Source of the DNA: Eledone cirrhosa
Lineage: Eukaryota
DNA: 64,000 nt
Assembly: GCA_964016885.1 (NCBI GenBank)
Contig: OZ024741.1
Coordinates: 57,288,001-57,352,000, forward strand
Reading direction: 5' to 3'
In this document: in pieces, positions 1-13,496 of the stretch
Layout of the letters: every line of letters starts with the position of its first letter
Position numbering within the stretch: position 1 is the first letter of the stretch
Notes under the pieces: generated by a model
Told to the model about the DNA's origin: nothing
Databases searched by the model: none
The model's input: the letters and a program-made list of their open reading frames with translations, nothing else
Program-made: the position numbers and the translations under genes

Positions 1-470
1 CACAAAGGAGCTTAAAACTCTTTTCTTACCATATTTCTAATAAGAGACACTACCTATAATTTTCAAAATTAAGAATTTAAGCTGGTGTTTGGAACATAAC
101 AAAGGTTGTTACATAAAATTATGATGAAAGGTTTTTAGATAAATAGAAACACTTCAAAATAGTTTATTGAAGAACCAGAGTTTGTTTATCAACAGGCTTC
201 ATAAACTAAGTTGGAATAATTCATGTGTAAATGAAACACACTGTTTTTGTTTATTTTAATTATTGTTTTATGTATCTACAATTAGGTTATTGATTAATTG
301 GTGTATATATATATATATATATATTGTTATACTTTGGGAGGGTCATGTTGCCAATAAGAAACACACGCACCAGTTTGCTTTCACTTCAATTTATTATTAT
401 AATAAATTTATAAATTTATAAATTTCTGGTTGGTTGGCTGGTTCCACAACTAGATAGTTGTTTATATATT

Positions 471-513
471 GTCATAGTTCTTTCGTCACACACTCTGTGA
501 CCTCTTCAGTGAC
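471..513 (-). ncRNA. minimal type I hammerhead ribozyme motif (mirror copy)
   Basis: Exact reverse complement of 611-653. Confidence 0.65.
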
Positions 514-610
514 TGGGGATTCCTTTCTTTGTTTCTGTCCTACGCCATTGAAACAAAATGGCGTAGGACAGAACAAAGGAGAGGCACAGAAACAAAGAAA
601 GGAATCCCCA

Positions 611-653
611 GTCACTGAAGAGGTCACAGAGTGTGTGACGAAAGAACTATGAC
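611..653 (+). ncRNA. minimal type I hammerhead ribozyme motif
   Basis: GUCA-CUGAAGA-G-[GUCACA gagug UGUGAC]-GAAA-G(AA)C-UA-UGAC: stem I GUCA/UGAC, both core boxes, 6-bp stem II, vestigial stem III. Predicted cut after A649. Confidence 0.65.
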
Positions 654-856
654 ACTATATAAACAACTATCTAGTTGTGGAACCAGCCAACCAACCAGAA
701 ATTTATAAATTTATTATAAATTTATTATAATAATAAATTGAAGTGAAAGCAACTGGTGCGTGTGTTTATTGGCAACATGACCCTCCCAAAGTATAACAAT
801 ATCGGTTTCAACACACGATTTCAGATAAAGAATCTTGCTAAACAAATTCAGAAACG

Positions 857-912
<56 letters not shown>

Positions 913-1359
913 ACATTAAACGACAACAGGAGGCGGGACTGGAAAATTTGCTTCGGAATTTTAATTCCGCGAAATCACTATACATATTTTGATGGCCCAG
1001 CTTCATCATTCAATTATGATGAAAGACGACCTCATTAGGCATCACCCACATATATTATATATATGTTGTGTGTGTGTGTGTGTGTACATGCAGTCCAACC
1101 CTTGCTAGCAGGGAAGGACATTAAAATGATGATGGTAGTGGATGTAGGATGGCGGAATGATTATGAAGTTTGCTTCATAATCCTTAGGCCCCAGGTTTTC
1201 ATCCCACTGGTGGCATGTTGGGCAAGTGTATTTACCCACAGCCTTGTGAGTGAAATTGGTTAGATGGAAACTGTTTGGAAAGCCATCAGATGGATGTACC
1301 TGTAGTTCAAAGACCAGCATTGTTAAACACTTTCCAACTGATTCTCCAGGAGAATTACA

Positions 1360-1628
1360 TTAACCCTTTAGCATTTAAAATGGCCGTATCTAGCCAGAAT
1401 TCTCTCACTTTTTTCTGTTCAAACCGGTTGTAACTGGCTATGTAAGGTATTCTTCTCAAAATAAATAATACCAAAATCTCGTAGATTCAATATTATGTAA
1501 GGTAAAGCCTTTACTATGAAAATACAATAGTATATATATATATAGTAACCATCATCATCATTGCCGTTTAACGTCCACCTTCCACACTAGCATGGATTAG
1601 ACTAGTAATGTAAATACTAACGGGTTAA
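1360..1628 (+). mobile_element. piggyBac-type MITE family A with inserted SINE-tail fragment
   Basis: TTAA-CCCTTTAGCATTT ... AAATACTAACGGG-TTAA; (CAT)n SINE/RTE tail piece at ~1550-1603. Confidence 0.8.
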
Positions 1629-4070
1629 GGGTACACGCCTGTCGAATGCTCAACTACTTATACATAAATTTCATGAGCAGGCTGTCCTGTTGATTTAACA
1701 ACTTGGAGACACTCATCATCAACACTAACAGTGCTCCCATCATTACCATAATCTACTCCTTGAAGTTGTTTTTCTCTTTCTTTCTCTCTGTTTTTAGTTT
1801 GTTTCACTTCTCAAAATAGTTATTTTTAAAAAGTTCACATTCACCCTTTCATCCACCCATCTCAACCAACAATTTAATTCATACATAATCATGTCTCTAG
1901 GATGGTGTTGATATTTTTTTTAACACTAAATTGTTGTTTGTCATGTCATCTGATGATTCATAATTTTGGGAGGTAATGGTGTCGGTAGGGCTGACTTGGC
2001 AAGGTCAGTAACTCACTTTCTCTCTGAGAACATCATTAATTTCAATGACTGAATAATGTAAATAAAACCTGTATGTGTGGTGGTCCACTGGTTAGGGTTT
2101 GACTTACCAATCATAAGGTTATGGGCTTGATTACTGGACCAGTTGGTACATGTTCTTAAGCAAGATACATCATTTCACATTGCTTTTCATAATAAAAACA
2201 AAACATGGTTGTGAGCTGCAAATTGTTACTGTTTTATACTTTTCAAGAATGTCTTGCTAATGTGGTTTCACGTGGTACAGGATGTTAAGAGATAAGGTAT
2301 TTTGCTCTACTGAACATGTCAAATCACTGAACCGTGAGACATAAATGCCACAGGTGTTAATGTGAAGACGAATACTTCATCTAGTTGTGAAGCAAACACA
2401 TAAATTGCTGGCCTTGGGCTTAAATTTCCACACTGTGGGTGTGGGCCCTTCCTTGAAAGGATGACAGGCAAAGTTGGCTTTGGTGGGATTTAAAATCAAC
2501 GCAAGAGGCTGGAGAAACATTATCCAATGTTGTAACAAATTTGATAACCATCATTATTTTTAACCCTTTTGTAAGGGCAGGTATTAGACAGTTGGACGAA
2601 ATACCTTGTAGTATTTGTTCTGGCTCTTTACATACGGCGTTCAAATCTCAACTTTGCTTTTTATCCCTTTGCAGTTGATAAAAAAAATACCAATTCTTAT
2701 ATTGGGGTTGATTTAACTGACTTCTTCCCTCTCCACAAATTGATGGCCTAGTGCCTAATTTAGAAATCATCATCATCATCGTTTTACGTCCATTTTCCAT
2801 GCTAGCATGGGTTAGACGGATCGTCTCATTTGAGGTAAGTTGGGACTGTTTCTGGCTAGGTTTCGACAGCTAGATGCCCTTCTAATGCCAACCTCATTTA
2901 CAATGTGGACTGGGTGCTTTTTGTTGTGACACCTACACGATCACTTTACAGTATGGGCTGGATATTTGTTCAGTGTAAGGGCGGGTGGATTGACAGTATC
3001 ATTAGTACGTTGCAGCATTTTGTTACTACTTTCTACATTCTAGTTTCAAATCCTGTCATGGTCACCTCTGCCTTTCATCCTTTAAGAATAGATATAATTG
3101 ACTTTCCCCTTCTCCTCCTTCCCTCAAATTGCTGGCCTTATGCTTAAATTAGAAACCATTATTATTGCTTTTGCTTTGTCTTATTAAATTTCTAATAACA
3201 TAGCAAATATGATCTACAGTTGTGGCTTCAATCTAAATCAAACCTTGAATCAAGCAGGCTTAATGACGTTCCAGTTGTGACCATTCCATCTTTTTAGGAG
3301 TATCAATACATGATCCAGTATGGCCTTTCATCCATTTCCCATGTTTGCATGAATTAGGTTGTTGCATTCTGAGGCTAGACATATCAGATAACTGTCTTGT
3401 TTATGTTTCATTTTGGCATAGTTCTTTATGACTGGATGCCCTTCCTTATGCCAATCAATTTGCAAAGGATATCCAGGTGCATTTTATCATGGCACCAGCA
3501 CTGCCAGTTTAGAGTTACTAGGTGCTCTTTGTCTCCAGCTTAAAAAAAGGACTACAGGGTGTAACATGACGAAGATTTGGCTACTATTTCTAGCTTGTGA
3601 AACGACTATAGACCCTCTCTTATCAGTGTGTGTACAGTTGTGTTCATCAATATTTAACGTCCATTTTTCCATGCTATCATAAGTTAAATGGGTCATCCCA
3701 GACCATGTCAACATTCAATCAGAGCCACTATCCTCGCAGATGGGACGAGGGAGGCATCTCATCTTGTTTGCATCCATTCTTATACAAGTTAAGTGTAACC
3801 AGGATCCACAATACATCACACCTGTGGTCCTATACCCCACCACCACCACTCTGCTGCACCCTCTCCCCAACAATTTAGTCAACCTAGCAATAAACATTCC
3901 TGTCACCTCTTCATGCATCTCAAGTTTCTCTCTCTGTGATTATGCATACCTCTTCTGTCCTTTTAAATTTATCTTTCAGTAACCTAACTGATATCTCTCT
4001 CTCTCTCCCTATATATCCCTCTTGCTTGAACATTACATATGTGTGTGTCCTTTTTTTTTTTATCCTTTTC

Positions 4071-4411
4071 ATCATCATCATTTTCATCATCATCATTTTA
4101 CGTCCGTTTTTCCCTGCTTGCAAGGGTGGGACGGGAACTGATTCTGGCTTGATTTCTACAGCTGGATGCTCTTCCTAACACCAACCTCATTTACAGTGAG
4201 TGCTGGGTGCTTTTTTTGCCGTAGCACCTCCACGACCACTTTGCAGTGTAATGATATGGACCCCAGTCCCTATCATCTCATTTCTACAGCTGAGTAAACT
4301 GGAGCAATGTGAAATAAAGTGTCTTGCTCAAGGAAACAACACATCACCCGGTCTGAGAATTGAACTCACAACCTTTCGATTGCAAGGCCAATGCTCTAAC
4401 CACTATGCCAT
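4071..4411 (-). mobile_element. tRNA-derived SINE with RTE-type (ATG)n tail (tail A)
   Basis: Near-identical to + copies at 52376 and 63669. A box TGGCATAGTGG and B box GTTCAATTC on the minus strand. Confidence 0.85.
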
Positions 4412-4905
4412 TTCAAAATTATTTCAAAATCATAGACAATCTTTCATTAAAAATATAGTAACGAAAAGTTTAGTGTTTATATTTATCTATCTTTCATAAT
4501 TTTATGTAAGAACCTTTATGTTCTAAACACCTACTTAATAATGAGAAAGCTATATTACTAAATCCTTTCAAATCTAACAATATTTTTCATTAGAAGAATG
4601 GTGAAGGAGTTAAATGAAGAATTTTTCTTATTTCCTTCCTGTTCTCTTTTATGACTGTTTCTCGTTTTTCAGAAACATAAGAAAAACATTTTCTTTTTCA
4701 TATCATGCCAAAATTTCCCTCGTTATCAGCTGGCGTTAACGAACTTACTTTAATTATCACGTCTTATCAATGCTTAACAAATCTTCAGAATATATTTGTA
4801 ATACCATTTAATCAGTGTATTTTTTTAAGCCGGCTTAGAACATGTTGGCGGATGATAGAGTAGTGTTTATTCTTGAAGAAAAAACATGGCAGTTGAATTT
4901 TATTT

Positions 4906-5107
4906 TTAACCCTTTAACATTATCCATCCAGAATTCTCCCACCTCTTTCTGTTCAAACCAGCTGTAACCGGCCGCTCATACTGAAGTTAAGGTATTGTTC
5001 TCAAAATAAATATCAAAATGTCATAGATTCAATATTATGTGAGGTAATGCCTTTACCGTGAAAATATAATAGTAAATATAGAGTCGTGTAAATGCTTAAA
5101 GGGTTAA
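4906..5107 (+). mobile_element. piggyBac-type MITE family A
   Basis: TTAA-CCCTTT ... AAAGGG-TTAA; same ~200-bp body as other copies. Confidence 0.85.
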
Positions 5108-6769
5108 AAGTTTTAGTGTGTGTGGTTCTGTGTCCTGTATGTGTGCATATATTGATGTAGCATGGTTGAATGGTTAAGAATTTCACTTCACAATTTGTCC
5201 CAGGTTCAATCAATCTCACTGCATGACATCTTGGGGAAGTATCAGTTACCATAACCTCAGATCAACTCATGCCTTGTGAGTAAAATTGGGTAACAGAAAC
5301 TGTTTGGAAGCCCATTGGATGAACTGCCTGTAATTCACAGGGCCAGCCTTGTCACACACTGTATTTCACAGAATCATTCTGAGAATTACGTTAAGTGTAC
5401 ATGGTCTAGGTCAATAAAAAAAGTACCAGTTAAGTACTTGGGTCAATTCTTCCTCTGTATCTCTTTCTCACTTCTATTCTGTCACTCTTTATCCTTCTCT
5501 GGAAGAAATCTGCTATATTCAGACCTGGAGATGAAATCAGTTCTGCCAGGTGTTAAAAAAATGCCCTAGAAATGTTGAGTTATAGGATCATGCATACATA
5601 TACATGGTTGATGGAATGCTTGGGCCACTTACATTAATTTCATGAGCAGGCTTTTCTGTGGATCGAACAACTGGAATACTCATCTTCCAAATCGTCTGAG
5701 GTCCATTGGTATGTGTGTTGCTCTGTCTTTTTATGCCTGTGTGTGTTTGTCAATATGTGTGTATGTCTGTTTTACTCAATGTGTGCATAAAACGTGTGTG
5801 TGAAGTATTTCCTCCTATTTGAAAATAGATATGTATCTCCCACTCCCACCATTTATTAAAGGTATTTCCTTCCAGAAGTAGTCACTCACTGTTGTAGTGG
5901 TGATGGTTTTGCCAGTGGTGGTGGTAATAGTAGTAGTTACTGCACCACTTGAGACATTGTGATAATGATCAACAGACATAATTGAATGCCAGTTAACTAA
6001 GAAATTTGTTGATTACTCTTCGCCCTTCACTCTCTCCCCCCTCTCAACTAGTTTTTTTTATTCTTGTCTTTCTTTTCTTTTTAGAGTTATTATATCCCGT
6101 GGTTAAGTTCTTTCCATAAATGTGGGGATGTGGCTATAGGGGCGAACGTGGATGTGTAGTTAAGAAGTTTGTGTTTCATAATTAATATGGGAAGGTAAAC
6201 ATAAAAACAATGATAATGATGAATGAAATAGATCTATATATGCCATATACCATAATACAAAGACCTGTCCACCAGTACAAACACTTCAACACTAACAGAG
6301 GCTACAGTGTTTAGCAATCAATGTCGGGTCTTAGAGCACTCTTCAGTCTGGCTAGCATATAATAGCCTCTCTAGTGCTGGTGCCATGATAAATTGCACCA
6401 AGTACATCCTGTAAGGTAGTGAGGGTGTTATATAAAAAATGCATCTCATACACCCTGTACAGTGGTTGGCATTAAGAAGAGTATCCGGCCATCGAAAATA
6501 TGCTAAGTAAGCAAAATAGATTGCTCTGGCTTGTCTGGCCACACACACTGACAGCCCATCCATTGCATGCCAGCATGGAGATGTAAAGTGGTATGAATGG
6601 TATTGTAAGGAAATATATAAATAGATAAGGAAAAGGAAGCAATTGTTTCTGGATCTAGTGAGAACATTCCTGAACCTTCTATGATGTTAATTATTTCTTT
6701 GGAAGCTTGTTTCCAGTTTAAACTATTTTTCTATATGTCTCTCACACATGGCAGGATTCCATATAGTAT

Positions 6770-7170
6770 CTTGACTCACTTATTCCTGAGAGAGTTGTGT
6801 GGGCAGAGACCCCAAACACTCCTTCCAGTGGCTCATCAGAAGCAACCGTCTCCAACTGATCCAGTTGGATCCCCCCAGCAAGACAGCCAAGTTCATGGAT
6901 GTTATCTAACCATCTTGCTTGGGGTCTGTCCCTGGGGCTCCTGCTGGTTGGTTTTGCCCATAAATCTGTCCAGTGATTCTTTCTCGAGACATTCTAACCA
7001 CATGCCCATAGTATCAGAGCTGTGATCTCTCAATTCTGTAGTGACTCTACCTGGAGTAACTCTGTTCTCTGAACTATACATTCCAAAGACCCTTTGGAGG
7101 AACCCTCATTTCAGCCCCTTGTATTTGCAATCATATTTTGTCTACCAAATTCCCTCACAAGCTATTGGTC
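6770..7170 (-). mobile_element. degraded 3' fragment of an RTE/Expander-like LINE
   Basis: Minus strand reads IERSQL*YYGHVVRMSRER...KP...PRDRPQARWLDNI, typical of the RTE C-terminus. Confidence 0.65.
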
Positions 7171-7235
7171 CTCTTGAGGCTGTAATAGAAGTGCCACACA
7201 TTAGGATAAAACTCAAGAAGCCGTTGCTGTGCCTA

Positions 7236-7460
7236 TTAACTCTTTTCCAACCATATTTTTAAATATATATGCTGTTTCAATTAATTAATGAAGAATTTTT
7301 AGGGATTTACTAAAATTATTTCATTACTAAGATAGTAACATCACATATGGTTCTAATAAAATTATGTTGGAAGATTTTAATTTAAATTGGAACCCTTTAA
7401 AATGGATGGTTTTCTTTCATAGAACCAGAACCTGTTTTGGCCGGGTTGGTATTAGGTTAA
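7236..7460 (+). mobile_element. AT-rich TTAA-flanked MITE (piggyBac-type family B-related)
   Basis: TTAA at both ends; body similar to copies at ~40690-40930 and ~43220-43610. Confidence 0.55.
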
Positions 7461-7863
7461 CACTTTTTATTCCAAACACTTTGGTGCTATGATAGAAAGC
7501 TGTTTATTTCAAACTGTTAATCATCATCATCATCATCATCATCATTGTTTAACGTCTATCTTCCACGCTAGCATGGGTTTAGATGGGAATTGTCCCACTT
7601 GAGGCAAGATTGGTCGTCTCGCTCGTAAGGGACTGTCTGGCAGGTTTTCTACGGCTGGATGCCCTTCCTAACACCAACCATGTTTACAGTGTGGAACTGT
7701 GAGGTTTTTACTGTGTTACCTACATGGCCACATTTACAGCGTGGACTAAGTTATTCTCCAAACACCAGCTTAATAATGAGAAAGTTAATTATATTACTAA
7801 ATTTCTCTCCTTCCATCCCTATAGAGTCTATAAAATAAAGTACCAGTAATGCACTGGGTCAAT

Positions 7864-8061
7864 TTAAACCGGTCGTATCTGGCTAGAATTCTCTCACCTC
7901 TTTCTGTTCAAACTGGCTGTAACCGGCTGCTCATACTGATGTTAAGGTATTGTTTTTAAAATAAATATCAAAATCTCAAAGATTCGATATTATGTGAGGT
8001 AAAGCCTTTACCGTGAAAATATAATAGTAAATATAGAGTAATGTAAATGCTAAAGGATTAA
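7864..8061 (+). mobile_element. piggyBac-type MITE family A lacking left TIR, inserted in a SINE
   Basis: Begins at the internal TTAAACCGG and ends AAATGCTAAAGGA-TTAA. SINE sequence continues on both sides. Confidence 0.75.
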
Positions 8062-8751
8062 GTGACTTTCCCATCCCCCAAATTGTTGACCTTGTGCATA
8101 AATCAGAAGCCATTATATATAGTATCTCTCATTAGAAATATGGTCACGAAAGGGTAAGAGGTTTGTTTGTTTGAAGTAACTACTATATAGAACATTGTAA
8201 ACAAGACTCAACCTTCTGTTATTAAATAGTTTTAGTCTTTTGTCTCAAATTTTTCTATTCAAACTTAGAGGCCCACCCCCTCTTCCCTTATTACCTCCCT
8301 CTCTACATTCTTCTGTGTGAAGTAATAACAACTGGTGTAAAGAGAATTCATGTTACGCTATTCTAAATGGGGTTTTCATCACTGAAGATTACTTGATATC
8401 ACAACAATCGATAAAACTACAACTTTTATATTTATATAAACCTATGTAAATAATAATTGTTTCTGCTTTAAACACAAGGCCAGCAATTTGAGGAGGTGGG
8501 AGTGGAAGTCGATTAAATCGACCTCCAGTGCATTAATGGTGCTTTATTTTATTGACCCCGGTGGGATTTGAATTCAGAACATAAAGAGCTATAACTCTAT
8601 GCTGCAAAGCATCGTGTTTGATGCTCTACCGATATTGCCAATCCACTGAATAATTGTAATTTCTGTAGTGGCTACCAGGGCTGGGTGTCAACATTTAAAC
8701 TTAAAGTAGAATAGGAAGTATGTATATATCTGACAGACACGCACGCGCGCA

Positions 8752-9051
<300 letters not shown>

Positions 9052-9371
9052 ATTGCTCATATATGTATCATGTAACCAAATGCCCCCCAAGCCACCTTCT
9101 TTTTATTGTACTTAGGATTAGTTTTATTTCTAGAAAGAGATAGTTGTTAGATTAGGGGTTCTGAAGATTGGAAGTTTTTTTTTTTTTTTTTTCTCATTTC
9201 ATTGAATCTGTGAATCTGTTTACAACTGGTTTCATAGAGTGTTGGGGAGTTTGAACCTGAGGTAAATGACACCTGCCCAAGATGTCATACAGTGAGATTG
9301 AACCCAGGACCTAAACATTGGGAAGTAAACCTCTTAACCATTCAGCTATGCTGCGTCTACACACTTTGAAT

Positions 9372-9558
9372 TTGGATTGGCAGTATCGGTAGAGGGTCGG
9401 ACGCCATGCTTTGAAGCATAGTTACCTCCCTTTATGATCTGAGTTCAAATCCCACTGAGGTTAACTTTGCCTTTCATCCTTACGGGGGTCGATAAATTAA
9501 AGTACCAGTAATGCACTGGGATAATTGCTGGCCTTGTGCCAAAAGTAGAAACAATTAT
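9372..9558 (+). mobile_element. tRNA-derived SINE with Nin/Deu-like core
   Basis: A box TGGCAGTATCGG, B box GTTCAAATCC, core GCCTTTCATCCTTACGGGGGTCGATAAATTAAAGTACCAG. Confidence 0.8.
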
Positions 9559-10068
9559 CTCTTGGTCAAACATTTTCTCTTGTGCCACAACACTTTGATA
9601 ACAGCTTAGTCTTCAATGATGTGGACATCTGTTTAATTATAGTAACAACATTATTAATCTTTTGTTATATGCTTCATTTTAAAACAAATAGTGAAGCAAA
9701 ACAAAAATTGTTCCGTTTGACATATTTTGATTATGTCGCAAAGTAAATATTTATATTTAGTATTGACTTCTGCCTGTCAAATAAAATTGATTTGCGTTTT
9801 ACATATGTAACATCAACTAGTCACTTGAAATTGAGTATGACTTGGTTGTATTTACCATGCTTTTGTTGAAGGTTTGAACTACGTGTGTAGTTGTGAGCAG
9901 ATATAGACATCCTCTCAAACCTTCCTCTCTTGATGTAGCTGAACATCCAAGATGTGACAGCTAGGAGAGAGGGATGCACCAGCACTGGGTTACTTCTTCA
10001 TCAACATTGAAAGGATGAAAGAGAAAGTGGACCCTGGCAGGATTTAATTGCAGAGCATAGAGCTGGTA

Positions 10069-10284
10069 TTAACCCTTTAGCATTCACATTACTCTATATA
10101 TACTATTATATTTTCATGGTAAATGCTTTATCTCACATAATTATCACACATAATGTCGAATCTGAGATTTTGAAAGTATTTATTTTGAGAACAATACCTT
10201 AACATCAGTTTGAGTGACCAGTTACAGCCAGTTTCAACAGAAAGAGGTAGAGAATGTTGGCCGGTTTGAACATTGGAGGGTTAA
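10069..10284 (-). mobile_element. piggyBac-type MITE family A
   Basis: TTAA-CCCTTTAGCATT ... GGAGGG-TTAA; body in reverse orientation. Confidence 0.8.
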
Positions 10285-10703
10285 GGATGTCCAATACTCT
10301 AAAGTGAAGGCACGTGGCCTAGTGGTTAGGGTGTTGGATTCAGGATCATAAAGTTGCGGGTTCGATTCCTCAACTGAGCAGCATGCTGTGTTTCGTGATA
10401 TAAATAACTTTCTTGTTTTTAAGCTGTGGTTTAGAGCATAATTTAAGAACTATCCTTACATATCATTTTTAAGCTGGGGTTTGGGGGCATAATTTAAGAA
10501 CTGTTCTTACATAATATTATCATGAAAGGTTTTTAGATAAATATAAGCACTTTAGAACTCTTTGTATACTAAACCATACAACACCTGCTGTTATGATACT
10601 GAGTTATTTTTCAAATGTTTTTATTTAACTGTAGACATTTCATCATAATTTAAGGGCTTTCAGTATGTTCTAAACACCAGCTTAATAATGAGAAATTTAG
10701 TTA

Positions 10704-13496
10704 CCATATATACTTGTATATAAGATATGAAATATGTGACAAAATCGATGGTAAAAGTGTTGCTTATATTTGCGGTCAATATTTTGCGATGTTCACCAAC
10801 TTTACAATTCTACATAAATGAGTCTATATGCTTCAGCTTGTACCCATGGGAGGTCGGGTACTCTGTATTACTGCGTGACGCCAGAAGCCATGGTCGTGTG
10901 TCATTGTCTTTGAGAGGTGCAATTGGGTATGGTCGGCTTTTATCACCTCATCCCAGGTCATCTTGGGTCTCCCCACTCCGCGGTTTCCATCAACTTCTAG
11001 TGCTCTGCACCTTTTTATGCAGCTGTCATCCTTCATACGCATCACATGTCCATACCAGCGCAACCGCCTCTCTTGCACACAGCATTTGATTCCTCTTATG
11101 CTCAGTCTCCCTCTCAATTCATTTATGCTTTGTCATTCACGTATATTACTGTTACACATCCATCGGAGCATGCAGGCTTCGTTTCTCTCTAATCTACGTA
11201 AGTCTTCCACCTTCAGCACCCAGGTCTCACTACCATGCAACATCGCTGTTCGGATACACGCATCATACAGTCTGCCTTTCATTCTGAGGGAGAAGCCTTT
11301 TGCAGCTAGCAGTGGTAGTAGTTCCCTAAACTTCTTCCATCCCGTTCTTACCCTAGTTATTGTACTTTCTGAACACCCACCTCCGCTGCTAATTCGGTCA
11401 CTTAGGTAGAAGAAGCTGTCTACTGTTTCTACAGGGCCCTCCCAGAGATTGGTGGTACTTGTTTCCTGTGGCTGTTTGCTGCTTGCTGTCTCAGCACAGC
11501 TGCTGCATGTGAATCCTACATTCTGAATTAAGCTTCCTGAGATCCCGCTACATCTCTTGTGTACCCATTGTTTGCATTTGGGGCAGAGAATGGAGTTCCT
11601 ACCTACACCTTTCCTACATACTGAGCAAGGCCATTTCCCTGAGGGGATCTGGGTTCTGTTTTCTCGTCTACGTACAAGGACCTTAGTCTTTGTCAAGTTG
11701 ACTTTGAGACCCTTTCTTTCTAGTCCCTGCTTCCAAGTTTGGAATTTCTTCTCTAGTTCTACCATAGATTCAGCTATGAGTGTGAGGTCATCAGCATACA
11801 GGAGTTCCCATGGGCATCCGGTCTTAAACTCCTCCGTTATTGCCTGCAGGACTATGATGAACAGGAGAGGGCTAAGAACAGAGCCCTGGTGGACCCCAAC
11901 CTGTACGCTAAATTCCTCGCTATACTCATTGCTAATCCTAACTTTGCTGACTGCTCACCTATACATGGCTTGTACCGCTTTCACAAGCCATTCATCTACT
12001 CCTAGTTTTCTAAGAGCCCACCAGATTACAGAACGTGGAACTCTGTCAAAGGCTTTCTCAAGGTCGACAAATGCCAAGTAGAGTGGCTTACTTTTAGCTA
12101 GGTACTTTTCCTGTAATTGCCTCACAAGGAAGAGGGCATCAGTGGTGCCTCTCCCTGGTACAAACCCAAATTGCATCTCGTCTATTTTCACCTGGTCCCT
12201 AATCAGCTGTGCTATAACTCTTTCTGTTACTTTCATGACCTGGTCCATCAACTTTATACCTCTATAGTTTCCTCTATCTAGTGCATCGCCTTTACCTTTG
12301 TAGCAGTTGACAATGATGCTACTGCACCAATCTTTTGGTATGGCACCTTCTAGTATTACCTGGTTAACGATACGTGTGGTTATAGTGTGACCTACAGACC
12401 CAGATGCCTTCAGCATCTCGGCAGCTATACCCGATGGACCGGTTGCCTTCCCCATCTTCATATCTTTGATTGCCTTACTTACTATGCTGCTGCTGACTTG
12501 TACTGCTGGTCCCTCTATAGGGTCTACTTGGGGTAGGGTCTCTTCTTCCCATGCATTCTCCTCATTTAGTAATCTATCATAATGGCTCTTCCATGCATCT
12601 TTCTTCTCAGCACTTGTGAGGGCAAGCTCACCTTTATCATTCCGGATACACTTCTCTCCAATGACATCACAACTATCTCTGACACACTGCCTCGCAATCT
12701 TGAATACCTCCTGTTTCTGGGCCTCACGTTGCAAGACATGCTTGAATTTTCTATCCTCTGCTTCCCTCCTAGCTAAGTATACTTGTCGCCTAGCTTCGCT
12801 CTTGGTCTCTATGTAATGTACCCTGCTCCCCCCGTTCTTCCATTCTTTCCATGCCTGTCTCTTGGCCTTAACTGCTTCATCTACCTTATTGTTCCACCAC
12901 CAAGTCACTCTCCTCCTGCTTGAGGTCTTACTCCAGCCACAGACCTCATCCGTCGCCTCTAGTAAATTATTTTTTAGGAACTCCCAGTTCTCTTCTACAT
13001 TAAATGTCTCTATCTGTTCTTCTTTACTGTCGTAGGCGTTGAGTAAAATATCTTTAAATCTGTTACTGGTTGAGGGGACTTTCAGCTTCCAGATCTTTCT
13101 TCTCCAGGTTGGCCTCTGTTTCCGGGTTTGTCTAGTTCTGACCGTGAGGTCGCTGACAACTAAGCTATGTTGGGATGTACATTCCTCACTAGGGAAGGCT
13201 TTTGTGTTCATATTGTTTGTTTTTTTTTTTGTTTTGAATGAATATAGCCTTCAAAATGGTCAGTAAGTGGTAAAAAAAAAATCCATTACAATGGAGTCGT
13301 GAAACAAAAACTATACCCTAAATGACACTGAAAAAATTAGTAAAATTTCATAATATATTCTCCACGCATGAGAATTCCAAAACTGCAACTATCTGCTTCT
13401 GGTTATAAACAGGGTTTGGATTTTTGCCTATTCCTCAGACATAAAATAGGGGGTTGGCTTATATTCAGATCAGCTTATATTTGAGTATATATATAG
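10704..13496. mobile_element. pogo/Tc2-like MITE split by an RTE LINE
   Basis: TA-CCATATATACTTGTATATAAG ... CTTATATTTGAGTATATATATAG-TA termini. Removing it restores the family-B MITE sequence AGTTATATTACTAAATC. Confidence 0.65.
10822..13208 (-). mobile_element. 5'-truncated RTE-clade LINE (end of endonuclease, RT, PHD-like finger), two in-frame stops
   Basis: ORFs 11955-13211, 11133-11765 and 10833-11117 are colinear: NYRGIKL, FVDLEKAFDRV, QGSVLSPLLF, YADD, RRLRWYGHV. Confidence 0.95.

Larger units (their letters stand above)
321..802. repeat. ~480-bp inverted repeat (arms 321-538 / 586-802) with nested 17-bp hairpin 533-573; probable inverted Penelope-like pseudo-LTRs
   Basis: Arms are near-perfect reverse complements (ATATTGTTATACTTTGGGAGGG... 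/ ...CCCTCCCAAAGTATAACAATAT). Each arm has a hammerhead core. A diverged copy of the outer end lies at 61030-61121. Confidence 0.9.

Noticed and set aside
1901-2003. Candidate upstream exon (CTCTAG| ... AAG|GTCAGT); also acceptor-like sites at 4672 and 53983
   Set aside because: Could be UTR exons, but there is no coding or other support from sequence alone.
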